From positions 1 through 64,000 of the forward strand of contig JBFLGF010000178.1 in assembly GCA_050230475.1 (NCBI GenBank): a DNA stretch of 64,000 nt, written 5' to 3'. The notes beneath the pieces were generated by a model. That model had not been told where the DNA came from, did not search any database, and saw only the letters and a program-made list of their open reading frames with translations. Source of the DNA: Ancylonema sp. (Eukaryota). Position numbers and translations under genes: made by a program. Below are positions 63,819-64,000 of the stretch, piece after piece. Within the stretch, counting starts at the first letter, position 1. The number at the start of each line of letters is the position of its first letter.

Positions 63819-63860
63819 TGTGTTGATAACAAATGTGTTGATAACAAATGTGTTGATAAC
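63819..63860. repeat. 15-bp tandem repeat (TGTGTTGATAACAAA), about 3 copies
   Basis: Direct read. Confidence 0.8.
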
Positions 63861-64000
63861 TCTTTGAAACTCTCACTAGAACGCTTGAAGCCACACAAAA
63901 TCACGTGACCAACGTGAATATCAAAATTCCTCAAAATAGCGTGACGGCAATAATAACGAAAAAACGCTAACAAGCGTTGTCGTAATCACAAAGACACCGC

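Overview
Eukaryotic, intron-containing, transposon-rich DNA from a green plant. A streptophyte alga or early land plant is inferred from a thylakoid-lumen pentapeptide gene, a CAD-family dehydrogenase and DNMT-bearing retroelements. Host genes: a UBE2Q-like E2, a tandem-Agenet protein, a TL20.3-like pentapeptide protein, a CAD-like alcohol dehydrogenase, an ER DnaJ/thioredoxin-like protein and a small orphan membrane-protein ORF. Ordinary mobile elements: a deleted Ty1/copia element (5-bp TSD), a non-autonomous hAT (8-bp TSD), a long-TIR element carrying a copia-type protease, and MITE remnants. The standout is a pair of related Ty3/gypsy-type retroelements (215-9054 on -, 44145-53567 on +) that lack normal LTRs. 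Both have split direct repeats, L1-ORFs-PPT-S1-L2-S2 (L about 1.15 kb starting TG, S about 0.2 kb ending CA), with an internal abutted-ends junction CA-GC(T)-TG and no tRNA primer site. I know this layout from tyrosine-recombinase retroelements (Ngaro, PAT, TOC1), but the coding-complete copy here encodes Gag-PR-cytosine methyltransferase-RT-RNaseH-DDE integrase-PHD and no recognisable recombinase. The second copy is non-autonomous and keeps Gag, PR and a methyltransferase homolog lacking the catalytic motifs. All alignments and mismatch counts were made by eye.
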